A stretch of DNA of 45,585 nucleotides, from positions 1 to 45,585 of IMG/VR virus record IMGVR_UViG_3300019874_000008; one strand, 5' to 3'. Below are positions 1-9,107 of the stretch, in pieces (position 1 is the first letter of the stretch; every line of letters begins with the position of its first letter). The notes beneath the pieces are model-generated. The model was not told the origin of the DNA. It saw only the letters and a list, made by a program, of their open reading frames with translations, and ran no database searches. The DNA is from a virus. Taxonomy: Duplodnaviria; Caudoviricetes. Position numbers and translations under genes: made by a program.

Positions 1-138
1 CGGTTGTATCGGTTGTATCGATTGTAGCGGTTGTAGCCGTTGTAGCGGTTGTAGCCGTTGTATCGATTGTAGCCGTTGTAGCCGTTGTAGCAGTTGTAGC
101 GGTTGTAGCGGTTGTATCGATTGTAGCGGTTGTAGCGG
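1..138 (+). repeat. 9-bp coding tandem repeat (TGTAGCGGT and variants)
   Basis: Direct reading; units encode CSG/CSR/CID/CIG. Confidence 0.97.
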
Positions 139-487
139 TTTAAAAAACGCTTCGCCAGTGGAAAGCGGATCATCGGCATTTACTGTGCCGGTAGTTGAGA
201 ATATACATCAAAAAGTATTAGAGGCTATCACAACAGAGGGTAACGATATAAACATGGACGCATGGCACACCTGCGATACAAAGCATTGCAGGGCTGGATG
301 GGTAGTACATATTGCAGGTGCTGCCGGCTACGAACTGGAAAAGAAAACATCGACACAATTTGCCGCAATGCAGATTTACCATAAGTCTTGCCCGCAGGTT
401 CCGGTATCCCCTACTAAGTTCTTTGAATCAAATGCTTTTGCTATGGCTGATATCAAGGCTTGTGCAGAAAAGGAAGCGGCGCTGTAA
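1..487 (+). CDS. 3' part of Cys-x-x repeat protein (5' part at 45389-45585)
   Basis: Frame open from base 2 (GCIGCIDCSGCSRC...) into the 158..487 ORF; C-terminal WHTCDTKHCRAGW motif. Confidence 0.85.
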   Translation, partial: GCIGCIDCSGCSRCSGCSRCIDCSRCSRCSSCSGCSGCIDCSGCSGLKNASPVESGSSAFTVPVVENIHQKVLEAITTEGNDINMDAWHTCDTKHCRAGWVVHIAGAAGYELEKKTSTQFAAMQIYHKSCPQVPVSPTKFFESNAFAMADIKACAEKEAAL

Positions 488-741
488 TGACCGAAGAACA
501 CCGCAAGAGATACGACAGGGATCGAAAAGCATGGGTAGATAAGGTGTGTGATAATAAACCATCACACACCACCTACACCCCACCTGATGAGTTACAGTTG
601 GCCAGAGAGTTCGTACCTTCAAGATGCATCACATTTGGTTGCGGTAAACCGCTGACACCGCAGGAAAGTTTGTTTGGGAATAAATGTATTAATTGTCAAA
701 ACACCCGCCGTACAGATGTGGGGAAATGGGTAAGTATATGA
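487..741 (+). CDS. Hypothetical protein with C-terminal Cys4 zinc finger
   Basis: ATG overlaps upstream stop (TAATG); CITFGC...CINC. Confidence 0.6.
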   Translation: MTEEHRKRYDRDRKAWVDKVCDNKPSHTTYTPPDELQLAREFVPSRCITFGCGKPLTPQESLFGNKCINCQNTRRTDVGKWVSI

Positions 742-1649
742 GTATTGGAATCCCCTACATGGGCAGTAAAAGAAAATTAGCAGGCGATATACTACAATTT
801 ATCACAGCACGCCACAAAGGGCTAACAGATTTTTATGATTTGTTTGGCGGCGGCGGATCTGTTTCTTTTACCGCCATCAGGGATTATAGGTTTAACACTC
901 ACTACAATGAATTGAACAGCCATATTTATAGCCTTGTGCGCTATTTGTGTACCCATAAAACGTTTGAACCTAAATTTTATGAATGGGTAAGCCGGGAGGA
1001 GTTTTTTGAGCAAATAAATCGTACAGATGCAGATTGGTATAGCGGTTTTGTAATGAGTTGCTGGAGTTTTGGGAACGGGCAGGATTCTTACTTATACGGC
1101 AGGGAAAGAGAAGAAATAAAAAGATTGGCGCATGAGTTTATAGTTAACGGCGATCTGGAGGCAATGAAAGGTATCGGAGTAGATATCCCAACACTTAACA
1201 ATATTAAGGATATGCAAAAGCGAAGGGTGGTGTTTTGTAAACATATAGAAAACAAAATACAGGAAGGAAGAATGCAAAGCTTAGAAATGGTCGAACATCT
1301 TGCCCGAATCAAAAACCTCCAAAACCTCCAAAACCTCCAAAACCTCCAATGCACAAACCTGTCTTACCAGCACGTACCAATAACCGGTGAGTCTCCCGTA
1401 CTTTATTGCGATATTCCTTACCAGGGTACAGGCGAATACAAGGAGGGTGGTTTTGATCACGATGCGTTTTACCGATGGGCTGCAGAAACGGAATACCCCG
1501 TGTATATAAGTGAATACGCAGCACCATTTGAAGAGGTACACGCTTTTAGGCATCGGAGTTCTTTATCGGCTACCAACAATAAAAAACAAACAGTAGAAAA
1601 AATATTTTGGAATGGCAAAGGAAAGCCATTCAAGTCAACACTTTTCTAA
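738..1649 (+). CDS. Dam/D12-class N6-adenine DNA methyltransferase
   Basis: PYMGSK N-terminus, motif I DLFGGGGS, motif IV variant DIPY; ATG at 738 overlaps upstream stop. Confidence 0.88.
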   Translation: MSIGIPYMGSKRKLAGDILQFITARHKGLTDFYDLFGGGGSVSFTAIRDYRFNTHYNELNSHIYSLVRYLCTHKTFEPKFYEWVSREEFFEQINRTDADWYSGFVMSCWSFGNGQDSYLYGREREEIKRLAHEFIVNGDLEAMKGIGVDIPTLNNIKDMQKRRVVFCKHIENKIQEGRMQSLEMVEHLARIKNLQNLQNLQNLQCTNLSYQHVPITGESPVLYCDIPYQGTGEYKEGGFDHDAFYRWAAETEYPVYISEYAAPFEEVHAFRHRSSLSATNNKKQTVEKIFWNGKGKPFKSTLF

Positions 1650-1676
1650 CCGCCTCACGGCACAAAAAACAATAAA

Positions 1677-1997
1677 ATGCACCACACCTTAATACTCTCC
1701 GAGACAGAGTTTAACACAACGCACAGCCATATCATCACCAAGCAAATGGACTGGTACATGTCAGGCGACACATTAACGATCACCAAAGGTCGCACAAGGG
1801 AAGTAAAAGAATTTACGATCGTACAGGTCGATAATCATGATAAGATCAACAAAGGCTGGTGTGTGCTGGGGTTGGAGCCTAAAGACGTGCCATGTATCAA
1901 CGCTGTACTTGCACCTAAGCTTACTGCTCCCCTCGACGACACCGCTGAGGTAGCAGATGCGCTGAGCGGTGAGCATGGGGAAGTGAAGGATTATTAA
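1677..1997 (+). CDS. Hypothetical protein, possible ASCH/DUF3850-like domain
   Basis: GDTLTI...TGR-like...GWCVLGL pattern. Confidence 0.4.
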   Translation: MHHTLILSETEFNTTHSHIITKQMDWYMSGDTLTITKGRTREVKEFTIVQVDNHDKINKGWCVLGLEPKDVPCINAVLAPKLTAPLDDTAEVADALSGEHGEVKDY

Positions 1998-2001
1998 CGG
2001 A

Positions 2002-2096
2002 TAAGGGTGTATGCCAATGGATAGAGCAGCCACCAAGAAGGTGGTGGAGAATCGGGGTTATTCCGACTGTAGGTTCGACTCCTGCCACCCTTACTA
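2002..2096 (+). tRNA. tRNA-like element with long variable arm and aberrant anticodon loop (pseudo-tRNA?)
   Basis: Acceptor (T)AAGGGTG/CACCCTT(A), D arm TGC-CAATGGATAGA-GCA, stem CCACC/GGTGG, variable arm TCGGGG/TTCCGA, T arm GTAGG-TTCGACT-CCTGC. Confidence 0.7.
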
Positions 2097-2134
2097 AAGC
2101 ATAAAGGCAACGGCTCCCTATATCCGTATTAAAG

Positions 2135-2443
2135 ATGAGTATTTTATTAAACGGTTCTTTGGATCTTACTTTGATCCTGGAAAAAGCAAAGGCAGGGCAT
2201 AGCGCTTTCAGCCGCAGCGAAAAAAACAAGCACGTGTACTTTAACATTACACAATGGGTGAATGATGAGCCAAACGATTTTGGGCAACATTCATCATTGC
2301 TGCTTAATTCGTCAAAGGAGAAAAAAGACGAGGAAGGAAAAGTTTACATTGGTAATGCTAAGAAAGCAGAAACTGGTGGCGGTACCCCATTAACAGCAGA
2401 AGCCGCAAAAGAGCTGCCAGCGGACGAAGAATTACCATTTTAA
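2135..2443 (+). CDS. Probable single-stranded DNA-binding protein
   Basis: ~100 aa, YIGN motif, acidic tail ending DEELPF, replication context. Confidence 0.65.
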   Translation: MSILLNGSLDLTLILEKAKAGHSAFSRSEKNKHVYFNITQWVNDEPNDFGQHSSLLLNSSKEKKDEEGKVYIGNAKKAETGGGTPLTAEAAKELPADEELPF

Positions 2444-2516
2444 AATGGCAGAATTTTAATTAAAATAGTTTCCTTTTTAAGTGCTTTTTTGTACCTTTAT
2501 TGGAAACTATTTTTTT

Positions 2517-3038
2517 ATGCCAAACAAGATCTGTTTTAAATGCGGCCAATCGAAGCCGTTAGATGATTTTTATAAGCACGCACAAATGGGTGACGGCCAT
2601 TTGAATAAATGCAAAGAGTGCAATAAAAAAGATGTAAAAGATAATTACGAGAAAAATATCTTAGACCCTGCATTTATCAAAAAGGAAAGAAAACGGGGGA
2701 GAAACAAATACCATAGATTATACGAAGGAACAGGAAAGGGTAACGCAAAAGTTAATAGTGATTATTTTAAAAGATACCCTGAAAAAAAAATAGCTCACAT
2801 GAGGGCTCAAAGAATGGAATTGCCGACAGGTTTTGAAAAGCACCATTTTTCTTATCAGCCGGAACATTGGTTTGAAGTTATTTTTTTAACCAAACAGCAC
2901 CACATGAAAGCGCACAGGTTTTTATTTTATGATCAAGAACGAATGATGTACCGGCGCTATGATACGAATGAGCTTTTAGACACAAAAGAAAAACACAAGG
3001 CTTTTATTGATCACTGTATTTTAAATGAAGAAGATTAA
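2517..3038 (+). CDS. Zinc-finger/HNH-type endonuclease-like protein
   Basis: CFKC...CKEC N-terminus; HHFSY...LTKQHHMKAH HNH-like core; AT-rich. Confidence 0.6.
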   Translation: MPNKICFKCGQSKPLDDFYKHAQMGDGHLNKCKECNKKDVKDNYEKNILDPAFIKKERKRGRNKYHRLYEGTGKGNAKVNSDYFKRYPEKKIAHMRAQRMELPTGFEKHHFSYQPEHWFEVIFLTKQHHMKAHRFLFYDQERMMYRRYDTNELLDTKEKHKAFIDHCILNEED

Positions 3039-3041
3039 AAA

Positions 3042-4547
3042 ATGCAACTAAGGCCATACCAGGAGCAATCTGTTACGCAGGTCGCCCAAAAACTAACAAA
3101 ACATCGAAAAATAATTTTCCAGTTAGCCACCGGCGGGGGGAAAACGATAACTTTTTCAGCAATCACAAAGCGGTACATCGAGAAGTCAGGTAAATCAGTA
3201 TTGATACTGGTACATAGAAAAGAATTGATGGTGCAGACAGTTCGCACTTTATTTACCGCCTACAACATCAGCGCCCAAATGATCAAAGCGGGAATGAAAT
3301 TCGTACCGCCATCGAACGTGTATGTGGGTATGGTTGAAAGTACGATAAGGAGAATACCGGCACACATTGGGTTGGTTATTATTGATGAAGCGCATAACCT
3401 TTCATTTGCTAAAATACACGATCATTTTCCCTCACAGTTTATTATTGGTTTTACAGCAACGCCATTAACAGGATCAAAACATAAGCCCTTAAAGAATTAC
3501 TATGATGAAATTGTAACGGGTGTAGATATACCGGAATTGATAGAAGGGGGGAGCCTTGTTCAAAACATTACCTATGCACCAAAACATAGCGTAGATGCTG
3601 CAGCGCTTAAAATAAAGAACGGCGAGTATGACGATAAGTTTATGGGTCAGGAATTTTCAAAGGCGAAGCATATCCAAAATACTGTCGATGCATACCTTAA
3701 ACATACCCCGCATACAAAGTGCCTTATTTTTAATTGTAACATTGCTCACTCAGAACTTGTTACACAGGCTTTTCAAGATGCAGGGCTTAATTGCCGCAAT
3801 GTTGACAGCACAATGGAAAACCGTGACGAGATCGTAAAATGGTACAAGGAAACGCATGATGCTATCCTTTGTAATGTTTCTATACTTACTACAGGGTTTG
3901 ATGCCCCCGATACAGAAACTATAATAATGAATAGGGCAACGCTCTCAATGCCTTTATGGTTGCAGTGTTGCGGGCGGGGCAGTAGGCCGTACACAGGAAA
4001 GAAAAACTTTACCATTATAGATATGGGGCAAAATGCAATAACACACGGCGATTGGTGTGATAGCCGTGATTGGGGCGATATTTTCCGAAATCCACGCGGG
4101 CCAGGTAAGCCGGGGGTGGCTCCAATAAGGTATTGCCCCGAATGCGATGGTATAATAGCCGCCCGTACCCTTATTTGTCCTTTGTGCGGCCACTTTTTCC
4201 CGCCACCCGAAGTAGTGGAAGCTGAACGCATGCACGACTTTGTTGTGATCACAAAAGGTATTGATGTACCAGCATTGATAGCTGAAAATAAAGAACGCAA
4301 AGAGTACTACCCTTTCTTTAGAATAGGGAAAGAATTAGCGGTTGCAGCAAAAAAAACTGTACCTGAAATGAACGAAGAAAACTTTATATTTATCCTCCGC
4401 AATTACGATACGTTGGCTGCCGATTGGTGTAAAGAAGTTGGCAAAAAATATAACCAGTGGCACAAGGAACGTGCAAAACAAACACTAATTGAAGAACTAC
4501 AAAAAGTATTTAAAAAATGGCAGCCATCAGCATTTACAAAAATGTAA
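3042..4547 (+). CDS. Superfamily 2 DEAH helicase with C-terminal Zn finger (RadD/YejH-like)
   Basis: LRPYQ, ATGGGKT, DEAH, TATP, TGFDAP, QCCGRGSR, CPEC...CPLC. Confidence 0.93.
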   Translation: MQLRPYQEQSVTQVAQKLTKHRKIIFQLATGGGKTITFSAITKRYIEKSGKSVLILVHRKELMVQTVRTLFTAYNISAQMIKAGMKFVPPSNVYVGMVESTIRRIPAHIGLVIIDEAHNLSFAKIHDHFPSQFIIGFTATPLTGSKHKPLKNYYDEIVTGVDIPELIEGGSLVQNITYAPKHSVDAAALKIKNGEYDDKFMGQEFSKAKHIQNTVDAYLKHTPHTKCLIFNCNIAHSELVTQAFQDAGLNCRNVDSTMENRDEIVKWYKETHDAILCNVSILTTGFDAPDTETIIMNRATLSMPLWLQCCGRGSRPYTGKKNFTIIDMGQNAITHGDWCDSRDWGDIFRNPRGPGKPGVAPIRYCPECDGIIAARTLICPLCGHFFPPPEVVEAERMHDFVVITKGIDVPALIAENKERKEYYPFFRIGKELAVAAKKTVPEMNEENFIFILRNYDTLAADWCKEVGKKYNQWHKERAKQTLIEELQKVFKKWQPSAFTKM

Positions 4548-6655
4548 AAGAAGTAACGAGTACCGAAACAGTGTTATTGAGTATTTTTTTAGACGCTATC
4601 CAGTCGGGTAAATGGCAGGATCAGGTGTTAAAAATCCGCACCATCACCGATAAGGATCTGCGTTCGTCTGAAAAAATAAAACTGCCTAATGTAACCATAT
4701 CCGGCGTTTTTGGTAAGCGTGTAGACGCAGATTGCAAGCAGCATAGCGGTTTTATCGCTATTGATATAGATAACTTAGGCACCGAGGTAGAAAGTACACG
4801 GGAACTACTAAAAACAGATCCTTACATATACTCAATTTTTACAAGTGTATCGGGTACAGGTCTTTGCGCCATAGTTAAAATTGACCCCGAAAAACACCGT
4901 GAAGCCTTTGAAGGTATAGCAAACTACCTGCTAATAAAATACCAGGTAACCGCTGACCCTACCGGCGTTAATCCTTCCCGAACAAGATTTGTTTCATTTG
5001 ACCCCGACCTGTATATAAATGAGAAATCTGCTAAGTTTAAAAAATACTTACCTAAGCAAAAAAAACGTGACCTTACTACCACCATTTTCGTGCAAACAGA
5101 ATTTGACGAAATAGTTAATAAAATGGTGGAGCAAAAAGTTGATTGCTGTGATGATTACAGGGATTGGCGGGATATTGCTTTTGGTTTGTTTGATCAGTTT
5201 GGTAAAGCTGGCTTTAGATATTTTGATGCCCTTTCCAGATGTTCTGACAAGTATGATGAAACCGTGTGCGGTGAAATGTGGGGGCATGCGGGCAATAGAT
5301 CAGATTGGAACGGGAAGCGTGTTACTATCGCTACTATATATTGGCATGCTAAAAATGCAGGAATAAACATTTATAGCGAACAAACTAAAAAAGTTGTTTC
5401 GGCCACCAGCACCATGAAAAAGGCTGGTCTTGATGCCAACACAATAGCAAGCAACCTTAAAAAGTTTGAAGGCATTGAAGGGGTAGAGGAGATTATTAAA
5501 CAGGCTTTTTCATCCAATGCATCTTTTACCGGCGAGGGAACGATGGTTGAAAATGTCCGTATGTGGTTGCGGCATAATTATAACCTTACCCGAAACATGA
5601 TCACAAGGAAAATAGAGAATGACGGCGAGGTGTTAACGGAAGTGGATTTTAATACCATGTACCTTGATGCGTTGATAATATTTGAAAAGTTAACGTTTGA
5701 TCTTTTCTTTAAAGTTATTATGAGCCACAATACAGGCTCCTACAACCCGATTACCGATTTTATAAAATCTATTGAATGGGATGGCGAAAACAGGATCGAC
5801 CAGCTTGGCGCCTGTATCAATTCGAAAACAGGTACTGTTGAATGGCGTTGCCTGATGACCCGCAGATGGTATATCGGCGTTGTTTCTTCTGTTTTTGGCT
5901 ACATCAATGAACTTAATTTTATTTTGGTGGGAGGTAAAAATACCGGTAAGACCTGGTTTTTTTCGGAACTGCTGCCACCGGAACTGCAGCCGTATTTTGG
6001 ACGCTCGCAATTAATGCGAGGAACGGATGACGAGATTTTGATGTGTGAAAAAATGATCATTTTGAATGACGAATATGGTGGTAAGGGTAACCGTGACGAG
6101 CGTAACGAAAAAAGGATTATGGCGGCGCCAGGGTTTGATGTCCGTGCGCCTTATGGTCGGGGCAACGAATTTATAACCCGTATAGCCTCTTTGTGTGGCA
6201 CTTGTAATGATTTAGGCGTATTGGACGATGCAACAGGTAACCGGCGGATTGTCGTAATGGAATCGGTAGGCAGATTTGATTTTAATTTATATAATTCACT
6301 GGATAAATACCAATTGCTTGCCGAGGCATACGCTATGGTGCAGAAAGGTGAAAGGCCAAAACTAAAAGATGAGGAAATTGACGAACTCGAAGCGATTACC
6401 GATGGGCAGTACTCAAAAGTGGTAATTGAGGGCGAATTGATACAGCAACATTTTTTACCCCCATCAAAGACCAATCCGTGGGATCACATGACCGCTACAC
6501 AGATTAAGGTTTTCCTTGAGAATCATACACGCAATGCATTAAATATCAATAAAATAGGCGCTCAATTAAAAAAACTTGGGTACACAAGATCAAAAAAAGA
6601 AGGCACCTACGGGTACGATATTAGCTCTGTACCCGTGATCGTTTCCGGCGGGTAA
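4517..6655 (+). CDS. Primase-helicase (VirE_N/BT4734-like, PriCT-2 and VapE/VirE P-loop domains)
   Basis: FIAIDID, TSVSGTG, YRDWRDIA, GGKNTGKT, ILNDE, DATGNRR. Confidence 0.88.
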   Translation: MAAISIYKNVKEVTSTETVLLSIFLDAIQSGKWQDQVLKIRTITDKDLRSSEKIKLPNVTISGVFGKRVDADCKQHSGFIAIDIDNLGTEVESTRELLKTDPYIYSIFTSVSGTGLCAIVKIDPEKHREAFEGIANYLLIKYQVTADPTGVNPSRTRFVSFDPDLYINEKSAKFKKYLPKQKKRDLTTTIFVQTEFDEIVNKMVEQKVDCCDDYRDWRDIAFGLFDQFGKAGFRYFDALSRCSDKYDETVCGEMWGHAGNRSDWNGKRVTIATIYWHAKNAGINIYSEQTKKVVSATSTMKKAGLDANTIASNLKKFEGIEGVEEIIKQAFSSNASFTGEGTMVENVRMWLRHNYNLTRNMITRKIENDGEVLTEVDFNTMYLDALIIFEKLTFDLFFKVIMSHNTGSYNPITDFIKSIEWDGENRIDQLGACINSKTGTVEWRCLMTRRWYIGVVSSVFGYINELNFILVGGKNTGKTWFFSELLPPELQPYFGRSQLMRGTDDEILMCEKMIILNDEYGGKGNRDERNEKRIMAAPGFDVRAPYGRGNEFITRIASLCGTCNDLGVLDDATGNRRIVVMESVGRFDFNLYNSLDKYQLLAEAYAMVQKGERPKLKDEEIDELEAITDGQYSKVVIEGELIQQHFLPPSKTNPWDHMTATQIKVFLENHTRNALNINKIGAQLKKLGYTRSKKEGTYGYDISSVPVIVSGG

Positions 6656-6970
6656 CTACTTTTTTTCAGGGTAACTACCGGGTAACTGTAAAGTGTTGAT
6701 AATCAGCTCGGGTAACTACTTTTGCAGAAATGGGTTCAAACTATGGACAGAAAAATAAAATAATAATTAATAAAATATATTTATACCCTTGTATAATATT
6801 AAGGAAAAGTAGTTACCCTTAATTTATAAATAAGTTACTAATCAATACAGATGTGGGTTTAAAGAGGGTAACTACATAAAAAAATCAGTTGCCCTGCATA
6901 AGTTACGCTGTTACCCTAATATAAAAGTAGTTACCCGAGCTATTATTTGTAAGTTACACTTAGTTACACT
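6650..6970. repeat. Iteron-like GGGTAACTAC repeat cluster; putative replication origin
   Basis: About a dozen GTAAC-core copies in both orientations around an AT-rich centre; perfect 19-bp inverted repeat 6705-6723/6923-6941. Confidence 0.75.
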
Positions 6971-6981
6971 ATATTTACTCA

Positions 6982-7590
6982 ATGAAAAAACAATTTATAT
7001 ATTTCTTTAAACATAAAAATGTTTCAGGAATAAAAATAGGAAGAACTTCTGGGGAAACTGTCAACTCAAGGTTTCAGCAATTTAAAACGTATTCGCCATC
7101 AGGTTCAGAAATTATTGGGTTCTTTGAGTGCCTTAACTGTGTTGATTTAGAAAGAAAACTACATATTGAACTGAAAGCCCATAGAATGAGTGGCGAGTTT
7201 TTTGATATAAGCGTAGATCATGCTTTATCTATAATAGATAAATACGACTTATCACTACGAAAAATAAAATACTTATTTAACGAGTGGATTTCAGGCCCTG
7301 GAAATAATACAGATGAACTGACGAAGCTATTCCAAAAAGCAAAGCAAGTAAAAAAAGTAAAAGAGATTGGGGAAACAGATGAATTTATATCAATAGGTAA
7401 AAATATCTTAAAAGGGGAATTGTTTATAACTTCTACAGCAATAATGAAATATTTATCTGAAAAAGAAAATAGGGAATTTAATTTAAATAGAATTGGAGCG
7501 GCATTAAAAAAACACGGTATTACAAGAACAAGCAAGGGTGGCGTATATGGATATCTTATAAATTTTAATGACCCAAAAAATATACTATGA
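6982..7590 (+). CDS. GIY-YIG (T5orf172/MUG113-like) nuclease with C-terminal domain resembling the primase-helicase tail
   Basis: FIYFF...IKIGRT...LERKLH...GEFF. Confidence 0.75.
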   Translation: MKKQFIYFFKHKNVSGIKIGRTSGETVNSRFQQFKTYSPSGSEIIGFFECLNCVDLERKLHIELKAHRMSGEFFDISVDHALSIIDKYDLSLRKIKYLFNEWISGPGNNTDELTKLFQKAKQVKKVKEIGETDEFISIGKNILKGELFITSTAIMKYLSEKENREFNLNRIGAALKKHGITRTSKGGVYGYLINFNDPKNIL

Positions 7591-7955
7591 CAGAAGATCA
7601 ATTACAGGCAGAATTTTGGAAAGAAGTATGGAACAGGTACCCACAATTAAGGCGATTGATGTGGGCTGTCCCAAATGGCGAAAAACGCAATCCTGTGCAG
7701 GCTCGATTGATGCAGGCGACAGGATTATTGCCCGGGGTTTGGGATCTTCATTTATTTTATCATGGACAATTCCATATTATTGAAACCAAAGCAGGTAACA
7801 ATCAATTGACCGTTGACCGCATTGAAAACGGGAAGAAAAAGTACGGTCAACTCGAATGGGGCGAGCTTATGGCAGCGCAGGGCGCACACCGCCACATCTA
7901 CCGAACCCTGGGCGAAGGATTGGAGATAATAAAAATTATTTTGTCCGGTGAATGA
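7587..7955 (+). CDS. VRR-NUC domain nuclease
   Basis: TEDQLQ...AVPNG...GVWDL...IETK...Q pattern. Confidence 0.85.
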   Translation: MTEDQLQAEFWKEVWNRYPQLRRLMWAVPNGEKRNPVQARLMQATGLLPGVWDLHLFYHGQFHIIETKAGNNQLTVDRIENGKKKYGQLEWGELMAAQGAHRHIYRTLGEGLEIIKIILSGE

Positions 7956-7977
7956 AAAAGGGCGTAAATTTGAAATC

Positions 7978-8424
7978 ATGGCAGGAAGACCGGAAATATA
8001 CGACAAGAACATGGCAGGGGCTATCTGTGAACAGATCGCCACAACGAGCAACAGCCTAAGAACTATCTGCGAAATTGACGGTATGCCGTCCGTAGGTACT
8101 GTTTTAAAGTGGTTAAATGAAGACAAGGAAGGATTTTTGGCACAATACACACGTGCGAAGGAAAGCCAGGCAGAATTTATGGCAGAGGAAATGCTCGATA
8201 TAGCTGATGATGGCAGTAACGACTTTATGAAAATCACAGGCAAGGGCGGTCAGGAATATGAGGTTGAAAACAAGGAATGGACGAGCCGGTCAAAACTAAG
8301 GGTTGAAACGCGTAAATGGCTCCTGTCTAAACTAAAGCCAAAGAAGTACGGCGATAAAGTACAGACCGAGATCAGTGGCCCCGACGGCGGTCCTGTTCAG
8401 ATAACCGGTATGGAGATAAAATAA
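7978..8424 (+). CDS. terS: Terminase small subunit (Sf6 gp1-like)
   Basis: GRPEIY...SLRTIC...MPSVGTVLKWL...RKWLLSKLKPKKYGDK...GPDGGP. Confidence 0.9.
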   Translation: MAGRPEIYDKNMAGAICEQIATTSNSLRTICEIDGMPSVGTVLKWLNEDKEGFLAQYTRAKESQAEFMAEEMLDIADDGSNDFMKITGKGGQEYEVENKEWTSRSKLRVETRKWLLSKLKPKKYGDKVQTEISGPDGGPVQITGMEIK

Positions 8425-8425
8425 A

Positions 8426-8556
8426 TTTGCATCTTTCATAACAACGCATTACTTTAGTGCCTCAATCAATTGGTAGTATGGGCCTGAAACCGTAATACCA
8501 AATTTCAAAATAGTTAACCGCTGGCGATTTCAGGATCAAAGGCGGTATTTTTATTT
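8426..8556 (+). promoter_or_regulatory. Promoter plus two-hairpin kissing-loop leader or sRNA ahead of the glycan cluster
   Basis: TTTG(8426)-N20-TACTTTAG(8450); hairpins 8470-8501 and 8517-8546 with complementary loops; T-rich tract follows. Confidence 0.5.
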
Positions 8557-8558
8557 TA

Positions 8559-9107
8559 ATGATCTACTACTTCACCCCATATTCAACCGTCAAAAACCTT
8601 GGAGCCGAGTATAACAGGTACATGGCCCTGTTGACCGACGATAATCATGCAGTGTTCATGGATGGTGATACGATGTTCTTAACACCCGATTACGGGATGA
8701 TCATAGCAAAGTACGTGGAGCAATATCCTGATACGGTGTTAACGTGCTGGACCAACAGGATACATGAATTGGCGATCGGGCAGCTGGACAAGCTGGCGCC
8801 CGCAACGGATAGTATTGCTGACCATATCCGCTATGCTAAAGAGGTTTCTGAGCGCGAAGTGAATGTTACACCTATTACCGGTCCTGTTTCAGGTTTCCTG
8901 ATGGTAGTACCAAAGAGAGTATGGTTGCAGCATAAATTTACAGAAGTACAGGTTTATGCAAAATCAGGGCCGTATAACTTACTCGGTGTGGACAACGAGT
9001 TTACCAATGGTGTTCGTGTATTAGGGATACCTGTATTGCGAATGAATAGTATTTATATTTTTCACACATATCGTCTTTTGGATGGTAGTAAAGCGCACTT
9101 ACTTTGA
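8559..9107 (+). CDS. Putative GT-A glycosyltransferase
   Basis: NLGAEYN, VFMDGD (DxD), SGFLM, GVDNEF, IFH. Confidence 0.65.
   Translation: MIYYFTPYSTVKNLGAEYNRYMALLTDDNHAVFMDGDTMFLTPDYGMIIAKYVEQYPDTVLTCWTNRIHELAIGQLDKLAPATDSIADHIRYAKEVSEREVNVTPITGPVSGFLMVVPKRVWLQHKFTEVQVYAKSGPYNLLGVDNEFTNGVRVLGIPVLRMNSIYIFHTYRLLDGSKAHLL

Noticed and set aside
1-138. CRISPR or telomere interpretation of the terminal repeats
   Set aside because: No unique spacers, and the units are in-frame codons of an ORF
1312-1350. AAAACCTCC x4 (LQN repeats) in the adenine MTase as a phase-variation tract
   Set aside because: A 9-bp unit keeps the frame, so it cannot switch the gene on or off; likely a linker
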